In this document: piece by piece, positions 1 to 9,284 of the stretch | How the letters are laid out: each line of letters begins with the position of its first letter | How positions within the stretch are numbered: position 1 is the first letter of the stretch | Origin: an uncultured Phycisphaerales bacterium | Lineage (GTDB): Bacteria > Planctomycetota > Phycisphaerae > Tepidisphaerales > Tepidisphaeraceae | NCBI GenBank assembly: GCA_963755915.1 | Contig: CAVWLP010000002.1 | Span: forward strand, 576,001-640,000 | Direction: 5' to 3' | Length of the DNA stretch: 64,000 nucleotides | The notes under the pieces: model-generated | Told to the model about the DNA's origin: nothing | The model's input: only the letters and a program-made list of their open reading frames with translations | The model's database searches: none | Position numbers and translations under genes: made by a program

Positions 1-20
1 CGTGGAATCGACTGCGACAT
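1..20 (-). CDS. Probable N-terminus of a second integrase (neighbouring island), running off the window
   Basis: GGAGGT RBS then ATG TCG CAG TCG ATT CCA CG (MSQSIPR), at nearly the same distance from the att core as the integrase start at 55654 (MSRRSNAVPAY). Confidence 0.55.
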
Positions 21-139
21 GGTGCGACCTCCGAATCGTCCATTTCCTCAGTACAATACTGAGGAATTTTGGAAGATCAGGCCGCACTTCCGCACGCGGG
101 AAGGTACGCTTAGTGAAGCGTCCGGCGCAACTTATCAAC

Positions 140-183
140 AACTCGGCAGGCAGGACTCGAACCTGCAACCAGCCGGTTAACAG
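140..183 (-). repeat. Distal att core: duplicated 3' half of tRNA-Asn
   Basis: aactcggcaggcaggactcgaacctgcaaccagccggttaacag is identical to 55769..55812 and ends at the edge of the anticodon loop. Confidence 0.95.
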
Positions 184-314
184 TTCCCTAAAATCCGGGG
201 CCGTAAGCCTCATAAGTCAATTGCTGACAGCATTATATCAATCATCAAGTTTTTCGCAATCTATATTAATTAATCCGCTTTTTTCGCGTGGGATCGCGGT
301 ATTTTGAAGTGATC

Positions 315-330
315 GCCGGTAATTACCGGC
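315..330. promoter_or_regulatory. 16-bp palindrome, candidate att arm-type binding site
   Basis: gccggtaattaccggc, exact copy at 55677..55692. Confidence 0.7.
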
Positions 331-460
331 ATATCAAACAGCCTCATTGTGCTCAACGCCTAACGGCATCGAAGAACTCACACAGCTTTTCTTTTGTCTT
401 CGTGGATAGTCGGTTTGCGCAATGCCTAACGCTGCGCGGCGCTGAGCGCAAGAAGATACG

Positions 461-1163
461 CTATAAGTGGCCGCCTTCGGCAGGCCATCGTCCAATGATC
501 TTTCCAATGCGGACGATGTTCACTGGATCTAACTCATGCCGCTGTCCATCCGGCGTTACGACCACTGCTTCGAGCGATGCCAAGTGGAGGTGCCCGAACC
601 AACCCTGGGTGTCCCATCCATTCCAGCAATAAACGGCCGCTTGACCTCCCCGAAATTCCCATGGTGGAATGTTGTGGAAGACGAGAGATTGCCCTGCGCC
701 TTCAAATTCCAAAGCGTAAATGTCATAGCCCTTGCCAAAGCGCGGGGAGGCGTCGGCCCCACTCCTCCTGCCAATCCTCATCCGCTTCGGCTTTTCCGTT
801 CAGCGTGATGCGGCCCAACAGCGGCGTGCCGCGATCCTCCGGCGGAGTCTCTTTCGGCCGCCAGTACGCGGGATCAATATCCTGCCAAGGAAGCGGTCGC
901 CCGCGAAATCCAGGATCGACGACATGGGCAACCTCGATCCAATCAATGTCTCCCCTGTCCAGACGCTCCAACTTGCCGAGCGACGCGCGGAGCGTTACTG
1001 CAAGCACATAGCGTGCAGAACGATTCAGCGGATCCATAGAATTCTGCTCGCGCATGTCTCGAAGGAGCTCTTGCGACAGGCCCGAGTATTCCGATAGGTC
1101 CTTCCAGTTTTCAATCCCCATCACGTCCATGCGATGGTCGAGCCATTCAATAAGCCTCGACAT
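461..1163 (-). CDS. Degenerate CI/LexA-like regulator (HTH + S24-like fold), one frameshift near 740
   Basis: ORFs 723..1163 and 461..781 join; helical N-terminus, PLLGRI linker, IYALEF strand and C-terminal IVRIGKIIG resemble the S24 layout; no GDSM motif. Confidence 0.5.
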
Positions 1164-1185
1164 CGTTTTCCCTCTTTCGGAACCA

Positions 1186-1863
1186 TCATGTTTTATAGAC
1201 CGTTACGGCCATGCAATGGGCGATGCGCGTTATGTCCCGCCGGTGAACGGTTCGGTCCGGAAACCGCGCACGATCCGGATTAATCTTTCGCAATACCAGA
1301 ACGTCACGGTCGTCATCACTTTCAATCACTCGACTGAAATAACATTCGTCGTTGGTGAACCAGACGATGTAATCTTGGCCGTAGAGGAACTGCTGACCCT
1401 CGACCGATTTGAAAACAGCCATCGCCCTGTTCGGGTACTCAGGCATCATCGAATCGCCATCAATGCGCACGCAGAAATCGCCGAGATTCGGCGGAACTCT
1501 TACGGTGCCTGTTTCGATCCCAAGCCGCTCGCCGCGGATGCCAGCGCTGATACTGTGGAAGCTCGGAATTTCGACAAGCGGATACCCGTCGCCAGCGACA
1601 CCGCTCACCGAGCCCGCGTCGTTTCTCGCTTCGCCGATCCCAATTTTTCGTTTCAGTTCAGCCGGCGACGTATTAAGTGCCGAGGCCATGCGGCGGAAAT
1701 TATCCGTGAACATCGCGTGGGCGCCAGGCCGCATTAACCGGAACGTACCGGACCTTTTCAGGCCGATGGCCTGGGCAAACGCCTCTTTGGACATCAGGCT
1801 TTCGCGCCAAAGTTCAGCCAAGCGCTCGCCGGAAACCTTCACTGTTCGTGTTGCAACCTGCAT
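1186..1863 (-). CDS. XRE-HTH + S24 peptidase-like (CI/LexA-type) repressor
   Basis: SKEAFAQAIGL HTH, ISAG cleavage-like site, VRIDGDSMMPEY, LRKINPD. Confidence 0.8.
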   Translation of the reverse strand: MQVATRTVKVSGERLAELWRESLMSKEAFAQAIGLKRSGTFRLMRPGAHAMFTDNFRRMASALNTSPAELKRKIGIGEARNDAGSVSGVAGDGYPLVEIPSFHSISAGIRGERLGIETGTVRVPPNLGDFCVRIDGDSMMPEYPNRAMAVFKSVEGQQFLYGQDYIVWFTNDECYFSRVIESDDDRDVLVLRKINPDRARFPDRTVHRRDITRIAHCMAVTVYKT

Positions 1864-1961
1864 CGGAGCAGCAGAATCCTTTCAACATTGCCTCGGCACG
1901 ACCATTGGGACGACCGCGAGGACGATTGATCCAAAATGACTGCAAAGTGGACGGAATTTTC

Positions 1962-1989
1962 TTGACCAAGCCATAGTTGTTAGGATAAT
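1962..1989 (+). promoter_or_regulatory. Candidate sigma70 promoter for DUF2840-traF
   Basis: TTGACC-N16-GATAAT in the divergent intergenic region. Confidence 0.4.
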
Positions 1990-2031
1990 GTTCGGTCTCA
2001 AGATTTGCAAGAAAAAAAAGGAAGGTGGCGT

Positions 2032-2502
2032 GTGCATCCGAATCGTCTGACCCGGTTTGTTTCCCGATACAAAACCGGCTCTCTGATCGACTGCCTGTGC
2101 TTCGGCGACCCGGTCAACCATCACGAAGAACCGAATCGGCGCTCTGTGTATCACTTTCGGGCAGGTCAGGTCTTTGGAGTCGTCTGGTGGCGACGATATT
2201 CCGAGGACCGACAACACCGCGCATTAGCAATTGTCGAAACCTTGCCTGTTGGACAGATTGGCCACGTCATGCCGGGTATTGAGCCGAGCGTTGCCGTGCA
2301 TGCGATTGTGGATCAGCACGGACCCGGAGGACAGGAAGGAGCTGTAGACCAACTTCTCGACGTGATTCATGAGCTAAAGCATCGTGGACAAAATCCGGCA
2401 GCGCTTCCGCCGAGCTATTGGACGGAAACTGTCCACCAAATACTGCTTTGCCAAACGCCGTTCGACTCGTTTGCTGATGAAAGCATGGTATGCCCACTTT
2501 GA
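2032..2502 (+). CDS. DUF2840 family protein
   Basis: LCFGDP...FRAGQVFGVVWW...MPGIEP pattern; directly upstream of traF as in Tn4371-type ICEs. Confidence 0.75.
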   Translation: MHPNRLTRFVSRYKTGSLIDCLCFGDPVNHHEEPNRRSVYHFRAGQVFGVVWWRRYSEDRQHRALAIVETLPVGQIGHVMPGIEPSVAVHAIVDQHGPGGQEGAVDQLLDVIHELKHRGQNPAALPPSYWTETVHQILLCQTPFDSFADESMVCPL

Positions 2503-3038
2503 CGGCTAATCGCCCTCGAAACTCGATGTCCTTTCGCCGGCACCGCATTTTACTTCGGCTGGGTGCTCTCTTGGCCGTCCTAATAACTCTTCCAAAGCTT
2601 ACGGGGAATCGAATTCTCGTAATCAACACATCGCCGAGCGTGGCACTGGGCCTGTATATGCGATCTTCGGCTGAGCCAGCCATCGGACAAATCGTAGATT
2701 TCCGCATTCCACCGGCGGCGCGGCCGTATGTACAAGCGCGCACCGGGTACGATGGCAAAGATTGGTACATTCTCAAGCCGATCGTGGCGGGACCGGGAGA
2801 TCGCCTTGATACGACCGGAGCTTGGTTGACTATCAATGGCCATCGAGTTGCACCAATGCCACCCGCCACAGATAGCGTGGGCCGACCGCTTCCCATTTGG
2901 CGCGCTTGCCGCGCGCTCCGTCCTGACGAATTCTTTGTGTTCTCAAATCGTATTGCCAATAGCTTCGATAGCCGCTGCTATGGCCCCATTGACTGCCATC
3001 AGATTGATTCGGTTCGCATCGCTTTGTTCACTTGGTGA
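2490..3038 (+). CDS. traF: Conjugative S26 peptidase (pilin maturase)
   Basis: INTSPSVALGLY, ILKPIVAGPGD, SFDSRCYGP motifs. Confidence 0.88.
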   Translation: MPTLTANRPRNSMSFRRHRILLRLGALLAVLITLPKLTGNRILVINTSPSVALGLYMRSSAEPAIGQIVDFRIPPAARPYVQARTGYDGKDWYILKPIVAGPGDRLDTTGAWLTINGHRVAPMPPATDSVGRPLPIWRACRALRPDEFFVFSNRIANSFDSRCYGPIDCHQIDSVRIALFTW

Positions 3039-3434
3039 TGTAATATATTTTCAGCGAAGACGTTCAAACCTCGATCAGGCGAACCACTGGTTAACAATCG
3101 TAATTAAGCCTAGCATTTGAAGACGTTGGGCTTCAGTATGGTTGGTTGAATGATTACAGCATCCAACCCCGGCAACTTTACAATCGCTGCGTGCCAAATC
3201 CAAGACCACGCCGTGCTTCATAGCCGCTCAACTCGCCCAGCAAGATACAGTAGCCATCGTTTCGCCAGATATGAATTCGCCCGTAGGCAATTCAGGTAAA
3301 CCAACAGGAACACTCTCGCGGTATGAAGCGTGACCAGATTCCCACGCCAGCGTTGCAATGTCTTGGAGATTCAGGATGATTGCTCCTCGGTTTTCCCGAC
3401 CATTTATCTGCGCTACCTTCTGGGAGAATCGCAA

Positions 3435-4207
3435 ATGAGCAAAGCTCAACGGGTTTCGGCTTCGGAAGTCGCGGGAGCGGTGCGTCTGGCTTGGGAAGGC
3501 GCCGAGCTGCGAACTGATCCTGTCGCGCAGGGTCGTCGTCTGGTCGACGGCATGGCCAAACTGATTGGCGGGGATATCGGATTCTACAGCGCGGTTGCAG
3601 ATTTCGTTCCGTCTAAAATACCGAGATGGCTGTTTGCTTCCACAGGAAGCGAAATCCCATTGCCGATTTTACAGTATTTCGCTTGCACCGAAAATTCGAT
3701 CCTCGATGATCCGGCAATGGATCTCGGGTGCCGCGCAAAACTCTGCTGTATTGCAAATGCGCGAGCTCCTAGCTGGGCGGAACCTCAAACCGTACGCAAA
3801 AGTTTTGGAGACAATGCGCAGGCATCAGACATCGCGACGCGCTCATTGGCATTTTTCGGAGAAAAGATAAATCCTCCATCACAGCCTTAAGCGTGCACCG
3901 CACAGAGCTAATTCGTGCCCACAATGCACGGGAACGCTCCGTTGTTCACTGGTTTGTGCGGGAAATACAGTATTTATACGAGACGGGCCGGCTTGAGACG
4001 GCGACTGCAGGACCCTTTGACGCTCTTTCGCCCCGGCTTCGGCAGGTGGCGGAAATGCTGCTGACCTCCGCCCCTCAAAAGCAGATCGCGCGGTCGCTGT
4101 TCTTAAGCGAGTCCACCTTGCGCGATTACGTGAAACAGGTATATCGACAGCTTGGGGTGGAAAGCCGCGCCGAAATTATGTCGCGGTTCTCCACAAACAT
4201 TCGCTAA
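3435..4207 (+). CDS. LuxR-type HTH regulator with N-terminal sensor-like domain (frameshifted)
   Basis: Pieces in three ORFs align with the intact paralog at 4244; C-terminal LSPRLRQVAEMLL...KQIARSLFLSESTLRDYVKQVYRQLGV. Confidence 0.8.
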
Positions 4208-4243
4208 GAATTCCGCTTGCGCCATCGTCAGGGGAAATCGCAA

Positions 4244-5020
4244 ATGGGTAAATCTCAAAGAGTCGATGCGTCGCAAGTTGCTACCGCCATACGTCTAGCC
4301 TGGGAAGCCACCGAGCTGCGATCCGATCCTTCCGGTCAGGGCCGTCATCTCGTTGACGGTCTTGCGAAACTAATCGGCGGCGACATCGGTTTCTATTGTG
4401 CAATAGGCGACTTTGTTCCCAGGAAACTGCCTCGCTGGCTTTTCGCAGCCACCGGCACCGAGGTTCCCACGCCTCTTCTGCAATATTTCGCTCGCCCCGA
4501 AAGTTCCATTCTTGAAGACCCGGTAATGGATTTGGGAAGAGCCTCGACTGGCATAACCGTCTTACATATGCGCCAACTCCTAGCCGGCCTCGATCCAACG
4601 CCGTATCTCAATGCAATCGACATCATGCGCCGCATTGGACATCACGATGCGCTGATTGGAATGTTCCGCCGAAAGGACGCGGCGGCAGTCACCGCCTTGA
4701 GCGTACATCGCACTGATTTGAACCGTCCAAACAGTCCGCGTGAGCGATCGATCGTTGGCTGGCTGACTCGCGAATTGCAATATCTTTACGAAACCGGCCG
4801 TATTGAGATCGCTTCCTCGAAGCCATTCGATCATCTTCCGCCTCGGCTTCGGCAAGTGGCGGAAATGCTGCTGACTTCAGCGCCACAGAAACAAATCGCG
4901 CGGGCGCTCTTCCTGAGCGAATCCACCTTGCGCGATTACGTGAAGCACATCTATCGCCAATTGGGCGTCGAGAGCCGGGCCGAATTGATGGTGCGGTGCT
5001 CTGCCGGCTGTACGAAATAA
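4244..5020 (+). CDS. LuxR-type HTH regulator with N-terminal sensor-like domain
   Basis: Intact ORF with a GerE/LuxR HTH at the C-terminus. Confidence 0.88.
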   Translation: MGKSQRVDASQVATAIRLAWEATELRSDPSGQGRHLVDGLAKLIGGDIGFYCAIGDFVPRKLPRWLFAATGTEVPTPLLQYFARPESSILEDPVMDLGRASTGITVLHMRQLLAGLDPTPYLNAIDIMRRIGHHDALIGMFRRKDAAAVTALSVHRTDLNRPNSPRERSIVGWLTRELQYLYETGRIEIASSKPFDHLPPRLRQVAEMLLTSAPQKQIARALFLSESTLRDYVKHIYRQLGVESRAELMVRCSAGCTK

Positions 5021-5266
5021 CCCTCCTTCTCACTTGCGTTCTTTCGTCGCTCAATGCGACCCCCCAATTTGTGGGGGATTGAAACACCCGCTGCTGTTGC
5101 GATAGAAGCACCTTCCGTGTCAACGACCAGGGTCAATTTTGGCGTCCTGCCCGTTCATGCAGTTATTTTGCGGACGCCGATCCCTCGTTTAACATGGTGT
5201 TCAAGCCGGAGCCAAAATTGGCGACGACGACAATTTGAATTGACGCGCGTGCGTCAAGTCGCTGTT

Positions 5267-5401
5267 TCATCGAAATCCGCCAGCTTTCACGTACAGAAAC
5301 AGTGCCTTGTGCCCGCGCCCCGCAAGGGGCGTCGGCCAGGGTACGTTCTGTACGCCCCCTGGCGGGGGTTCGATGAGCGTCCTTGGTTCGACGCTCTTTT
5401 T
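5267..5401 (+). ncRNA. Candidate structured RNA (110-nt rod) followed by an intrinsic terminator
   Basis: Five nested stems closed by a GCAA loop, then gagcgtc/gacgctc plus TTTTT. Confidence 0.5.
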
Positions 5402-5419
5402 CATTTCAGGGGGCCTCTC

Positions 5420-5728
5420 ATGGGCCGTCAACGAAATCCCGTCAGAGACAAAAGTCACAAACTGCCAGTTCTGGATATCGACGAGTGGCATCCGATCATC
5501 CGCTCGCTCGGCCTATCGGGACGCCAGGGGCGAATTGTGGAGCTGATCCTTCAGGGCAAGAGGGACAAACAGATAGCCGCCGAGTTGGAACTGAGTGTTC
5601 ACACGATCCGAACGTATATGAAGAGAATTTTTGACAAGGCAGGAGTTGATGATCGTTTTGAACTGCTTCTACGGATAATGGCAATTCGCAAATCGAACTG
5701 CGGGCAATCGAGGTGTCCCTATAAATAA
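5420..5728 (+). CDS. Small stand-alone LuxR HTH protein
   Basis: LSGRQGRIVELILQGKRDKQIAAELELSVHTIRTYMKRIFDK. Confidence 0.85.
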   Translation: MGRQRNPVRDKSHKLPVLDIDEWHPIIRSLGLSGRQGRIVELILQGKRDKQIAAELELSVHTIRTYMKRIFDKAGVDDRFELLLRIMAIRKSNCGQSRCPYK

Positions 5729-5864
5729 TGACACTGGAATAGCGGCTTGTTGGAAAATGCTGCGTTTATAGAATTCCTTGGGCAAACGTGTCGCGAGATT
5801 TTTTAACTCCATGCTGTCGCAAATTACGAACAGGAAGTCGCTTTTGGAAAGGGATGGGGGAAAG

Positions 5865-7529
5865 ATGAAATTATCGAGGTTTTTTGGACTGGCGATTGTG
5901 GTGGCGGCGTGTATGGGGGAGACGCCGCTACGGGCGTTGGTGGATACACGCTAACAACGCTTACGTCATTCAACAACACCAACGGTGCATATCCCTATGG
6001 CGGGCTGACGCTCTCTGGCAACACGCTCTATGGCACAACACTTGAGGGCGGCAACGGCGATGGCAAAGTCTTTTCGGTATCCCTTGCCGGCGGCTCGCCC
6101 ACCGTATTAGCGTCATTCAATGGCGCAAACGGCGCATTCCCCGCTGCGGGCCTGACGCTCTCCGGCAACACGCTCTATGGTACGACGCAAAACGGCGGCA
6201 CCAACAACAATGGCGAAGTCTTTTCGGTTCCCCTTGCCGGCGGTTCGCCTACCGTTTTGGGGTCATTCAACTACACCAACGGCGCGACCCCCGTTGCGGG
6301 TCTGACGCTCTCCGGCAATACGCTCTTTGGTACCACCGCAAACGGTGGTGCCAACGGCGATGGCACAGTCTTTTCGGTGCCCCTTGCCGGCGGATCGCCT
6401 ACCGTTTTGGCATCGTTCAACAACAATAACGGCGCGGCCCCCAATGCGGGCTTGACGCTCTCCGGCAACACGCTCTACGGCACGACCGAAAGCGGCGGCG
6501 CCAACGGCTATGGCGAAGTCTTTTCGGTGCCCCTTGCCGGCGGATCGCCTACCGTTTTGGGGTCATTCAATAACACCAACGGCGCGAACCCCTATGCTGG
6601 CCTGACACTCTCCGGCAATACGCTCTTTGGTACGACCGCAAACGGCGGCCCAACGGCTATGGCGAAGTCTTTTCGCTGCCTCTTGTCGGCGGATCGCCTT
6701 CCGTTTTGGCATCATTCAACAACACCAACGGCGCGGGGCCCGTTGCGGGCCTGACGCTATCCGGCAACACGCTCTATGGCACGACGGATCAGGGCGGCGC
6801 CAACGGCTATGGCGAAGTCTTTTCCGTGCCCCTTGCCGGCGGATCGCCTACCGTTTTGGCGTCGTTCAATTACACCAACGGCGTGAATCCCCCCTATGGC
6901 GGCCTGACGCTCTCCGGCAACACGCTCTATGGTACGACGGTTGGCGGCGGCGCCAACGGATATGGCACCGTCTTCGCCCTTTCGATTAATCCAATCATCT
7001 CACTTACTTCCACTGTCCCCGCCGCGTTCGGCAATTCGCTGGGAACGCTGACCATTACCGGCAATAACGGAAATTACACAACCGCGAGCGAGTCAATTTC
7101 CGCGTCATCCAGCGGCTATGTTCTAACCTCCGCCTGGAACCCGACGACCGACACGGAGATATACGCCTTGAAAATCTCCGACTCTGTCGCGGGCAATCTC
7201 GCTGCCGACTTGGCCGCTTTGGTCTCACAAATCGATGACGGAACCTACAGCGGATTTGCGATCAGCGCTTCCACAACTGATCCGACAATCGGCGACGTTC
7301 TCACCAATATCACTCCCGGCGGATTCAATCTGTTCCTGACCATAACGGACCCCACGTTTACGCAAGTTCTGACTACTTCGGTTTCGATCTGAGCCAATTC
7401 AATGCCAACTCCGACGTGCTGACGGCATCGGCAATCGCGGTCGTGCCGGAGCCGGCATCGCTATTCATTCTGACTCTCGGCGGCCTCGGCCTGCTGGCCC
7501 GTCGGCGACGGCAGATTGTTTGCAATTGA
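5865..7529 (+). CDS. PEP-CTERM protein 1 with 7 GloVer (Gloeo_Verruco) repeats, frameshifted
   Basis: Signal peptide MKLSRFFGLAIVV; 50-aa repeats LTLSGNTLYGTT..GG.NG.GEVFSVP; ends VPEPASLFILTLGGLGLLARRRR. Confidence 0.85.
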
Positions 7530-7582
7530 GTCCAGCGTGACGTGACGCTTTCACTCCGGCACTGCCGGAAGCAAGATCAATC

Positions 7583-9241
7583 ATGAAACGGCATTCTTTT
7601 CTTTTCGCCTTGCTGGCCGCGGCCTCGGCAACGCCTTCTTTTGCTGGTTCCACGCTTACGACGCTGGCATCGTTTAATGGGGCAAATGGAAACTTTCCGG
7701 TATCCGCCCCCATTCTTTCCGGAAACGCTCTTTATGGCACTACGCAGTTTGGTGGCGTTAATGGTAATGGAGCTGTCTACTCAGTCTCCACTACGGGCGG
7801 AACACCCGATGTGCTCGCCTCGTTTGGCAACAATAGCAGCGGGGGATGGAATCCGGGCGCAATAATACTATCTGGAAATAATTTGTATGGCACGGCCCCG
7901 TATGGTCCAAATGGTGCCGGTGAAGTATTCTCATTGCCCATTGGGGGAGGTACGCCGGCTGTACTCGCGTCCTTTAACGACACGAACGGATATGATCCGG
8001 TTGGACAGTTGTCGATTTCTGGCAACGCCCTATACGGCGCGACTGAATATGGAAGTGCGAATGGTTACGGTACGGTATTCTCTGTTCCCATAGCGGGTGG
8101 CACACCTAGCGTGCTGGCGACGTTCACGGGAACTAACAATAGGAACGATCCGGTAGGCGTCACGCTTTCAGGAAGCACTCTGTACGGGGCAACTTATTAT
8201 GGCGGCGCCAACAGTGATGGTTACTTATTTTCGGCGCCCGTTACCGGAGGTACTCCCGTTGTATTGGCGACGTTCGGCGGGACCAATGGGCGCATCCGAT
8301 GGCCGCGCCGATCGTGGTCGGCAACACACTCTATGGTACCACGTACGGCGGGGTGCAAACGGTGACGGCGAGGTTTACTCGGTTCCTATCTCCGGCGGGA
8401 CGCCTACCGTGTTGGCCTCGTTCATGCCACCACGGGATTCGATCCATTCGCTGGACTCGTTAGCAGGGGAAACATTTTGTACGGCACAACGGCAACTGGC
8501 GGAGCCAACGGATTCGGTACGGCGTTCTCCCTACCTTTAAGCGGAGGAATTCCCAGTACCTTGGCAAGCTTCAATGGCAGCAACGGAAGCTCGCCAGAAT
8601 CTGCTCTGGTCGTCTCGGGCAACGCCATTTACGGCACTACTGCGTCGGGTGGCGCCAACGGCGACGGCACGGTTTTTTCAATCAGCCTCAATTCGATAAT
8701 CTCACTATCCGCGTCCGCCCCAACCACGTTCGGCAACAGCTTGGGAACATTGACTATTACTGGCAACAACGGAAATTACACAACCGCCAGCGATTCATTT
8801 TCCTCGTCGTCGAGCGGCTATGTTCTGACATCAGCCTGGAACCCGACGACCGATACCGAGATATATGGCTTGAAAATCTCCGACTCGGTGGCGGCCAACC
8901 TCAATGCCGACCTGGCCGCGTTGGTCACCCAGATCGATGGTGGAAGCTACAGCGGTTATTCCGTCAGTGCTTCCACTGCTGATCCCGCCTCTGGTGATCT
9001 CACGAACATCACCCCCGGCGGATTCAATTTGTTTCTCACGATCACAGCTCCGACGCTCGGGGCCAGTTCGGACTACTTCGGCTTCGATTTAAGCCCGTTC
9101 AACGCCAATTCTGACGTGCTGACTGCCTCGGCGATCGCGGTCGTGCCCGAACCGGCGTCGTTATCCGTTCTGACCCTCTGCGGCCTCAGACTACTGGCGC
9201 GTCGGCGCCGGCAACCTGTCGGCAACTGCGTCCAAAGATAA
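7583..9241 (+). CDS. PEP-CTERM protein 2 with 7 GloVer repeats, frameshifted at about 8290-8430
   Basis: Signal peptide, LYGTT repeats, VVPEPASLSVLTLCGLRLLARRRR. Confidence 0.87.
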
Positions 9242-9284
9242 TGTCATGCTTTTAAGCCGGCGCGGCCGGAAGGCGGAATCAATA

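Noticed and set aside
140-183. Second tRNA-Asn gene
   Set aside because: Only the 3' half is present; the D arm and 5' acceptor strand are missing, so it is an att site
878-886. TATCCTGCC, exact IncP-like nick motif
   Set aside because: Lies inside a coding region far from the relaxase; a match this short is expected by chance
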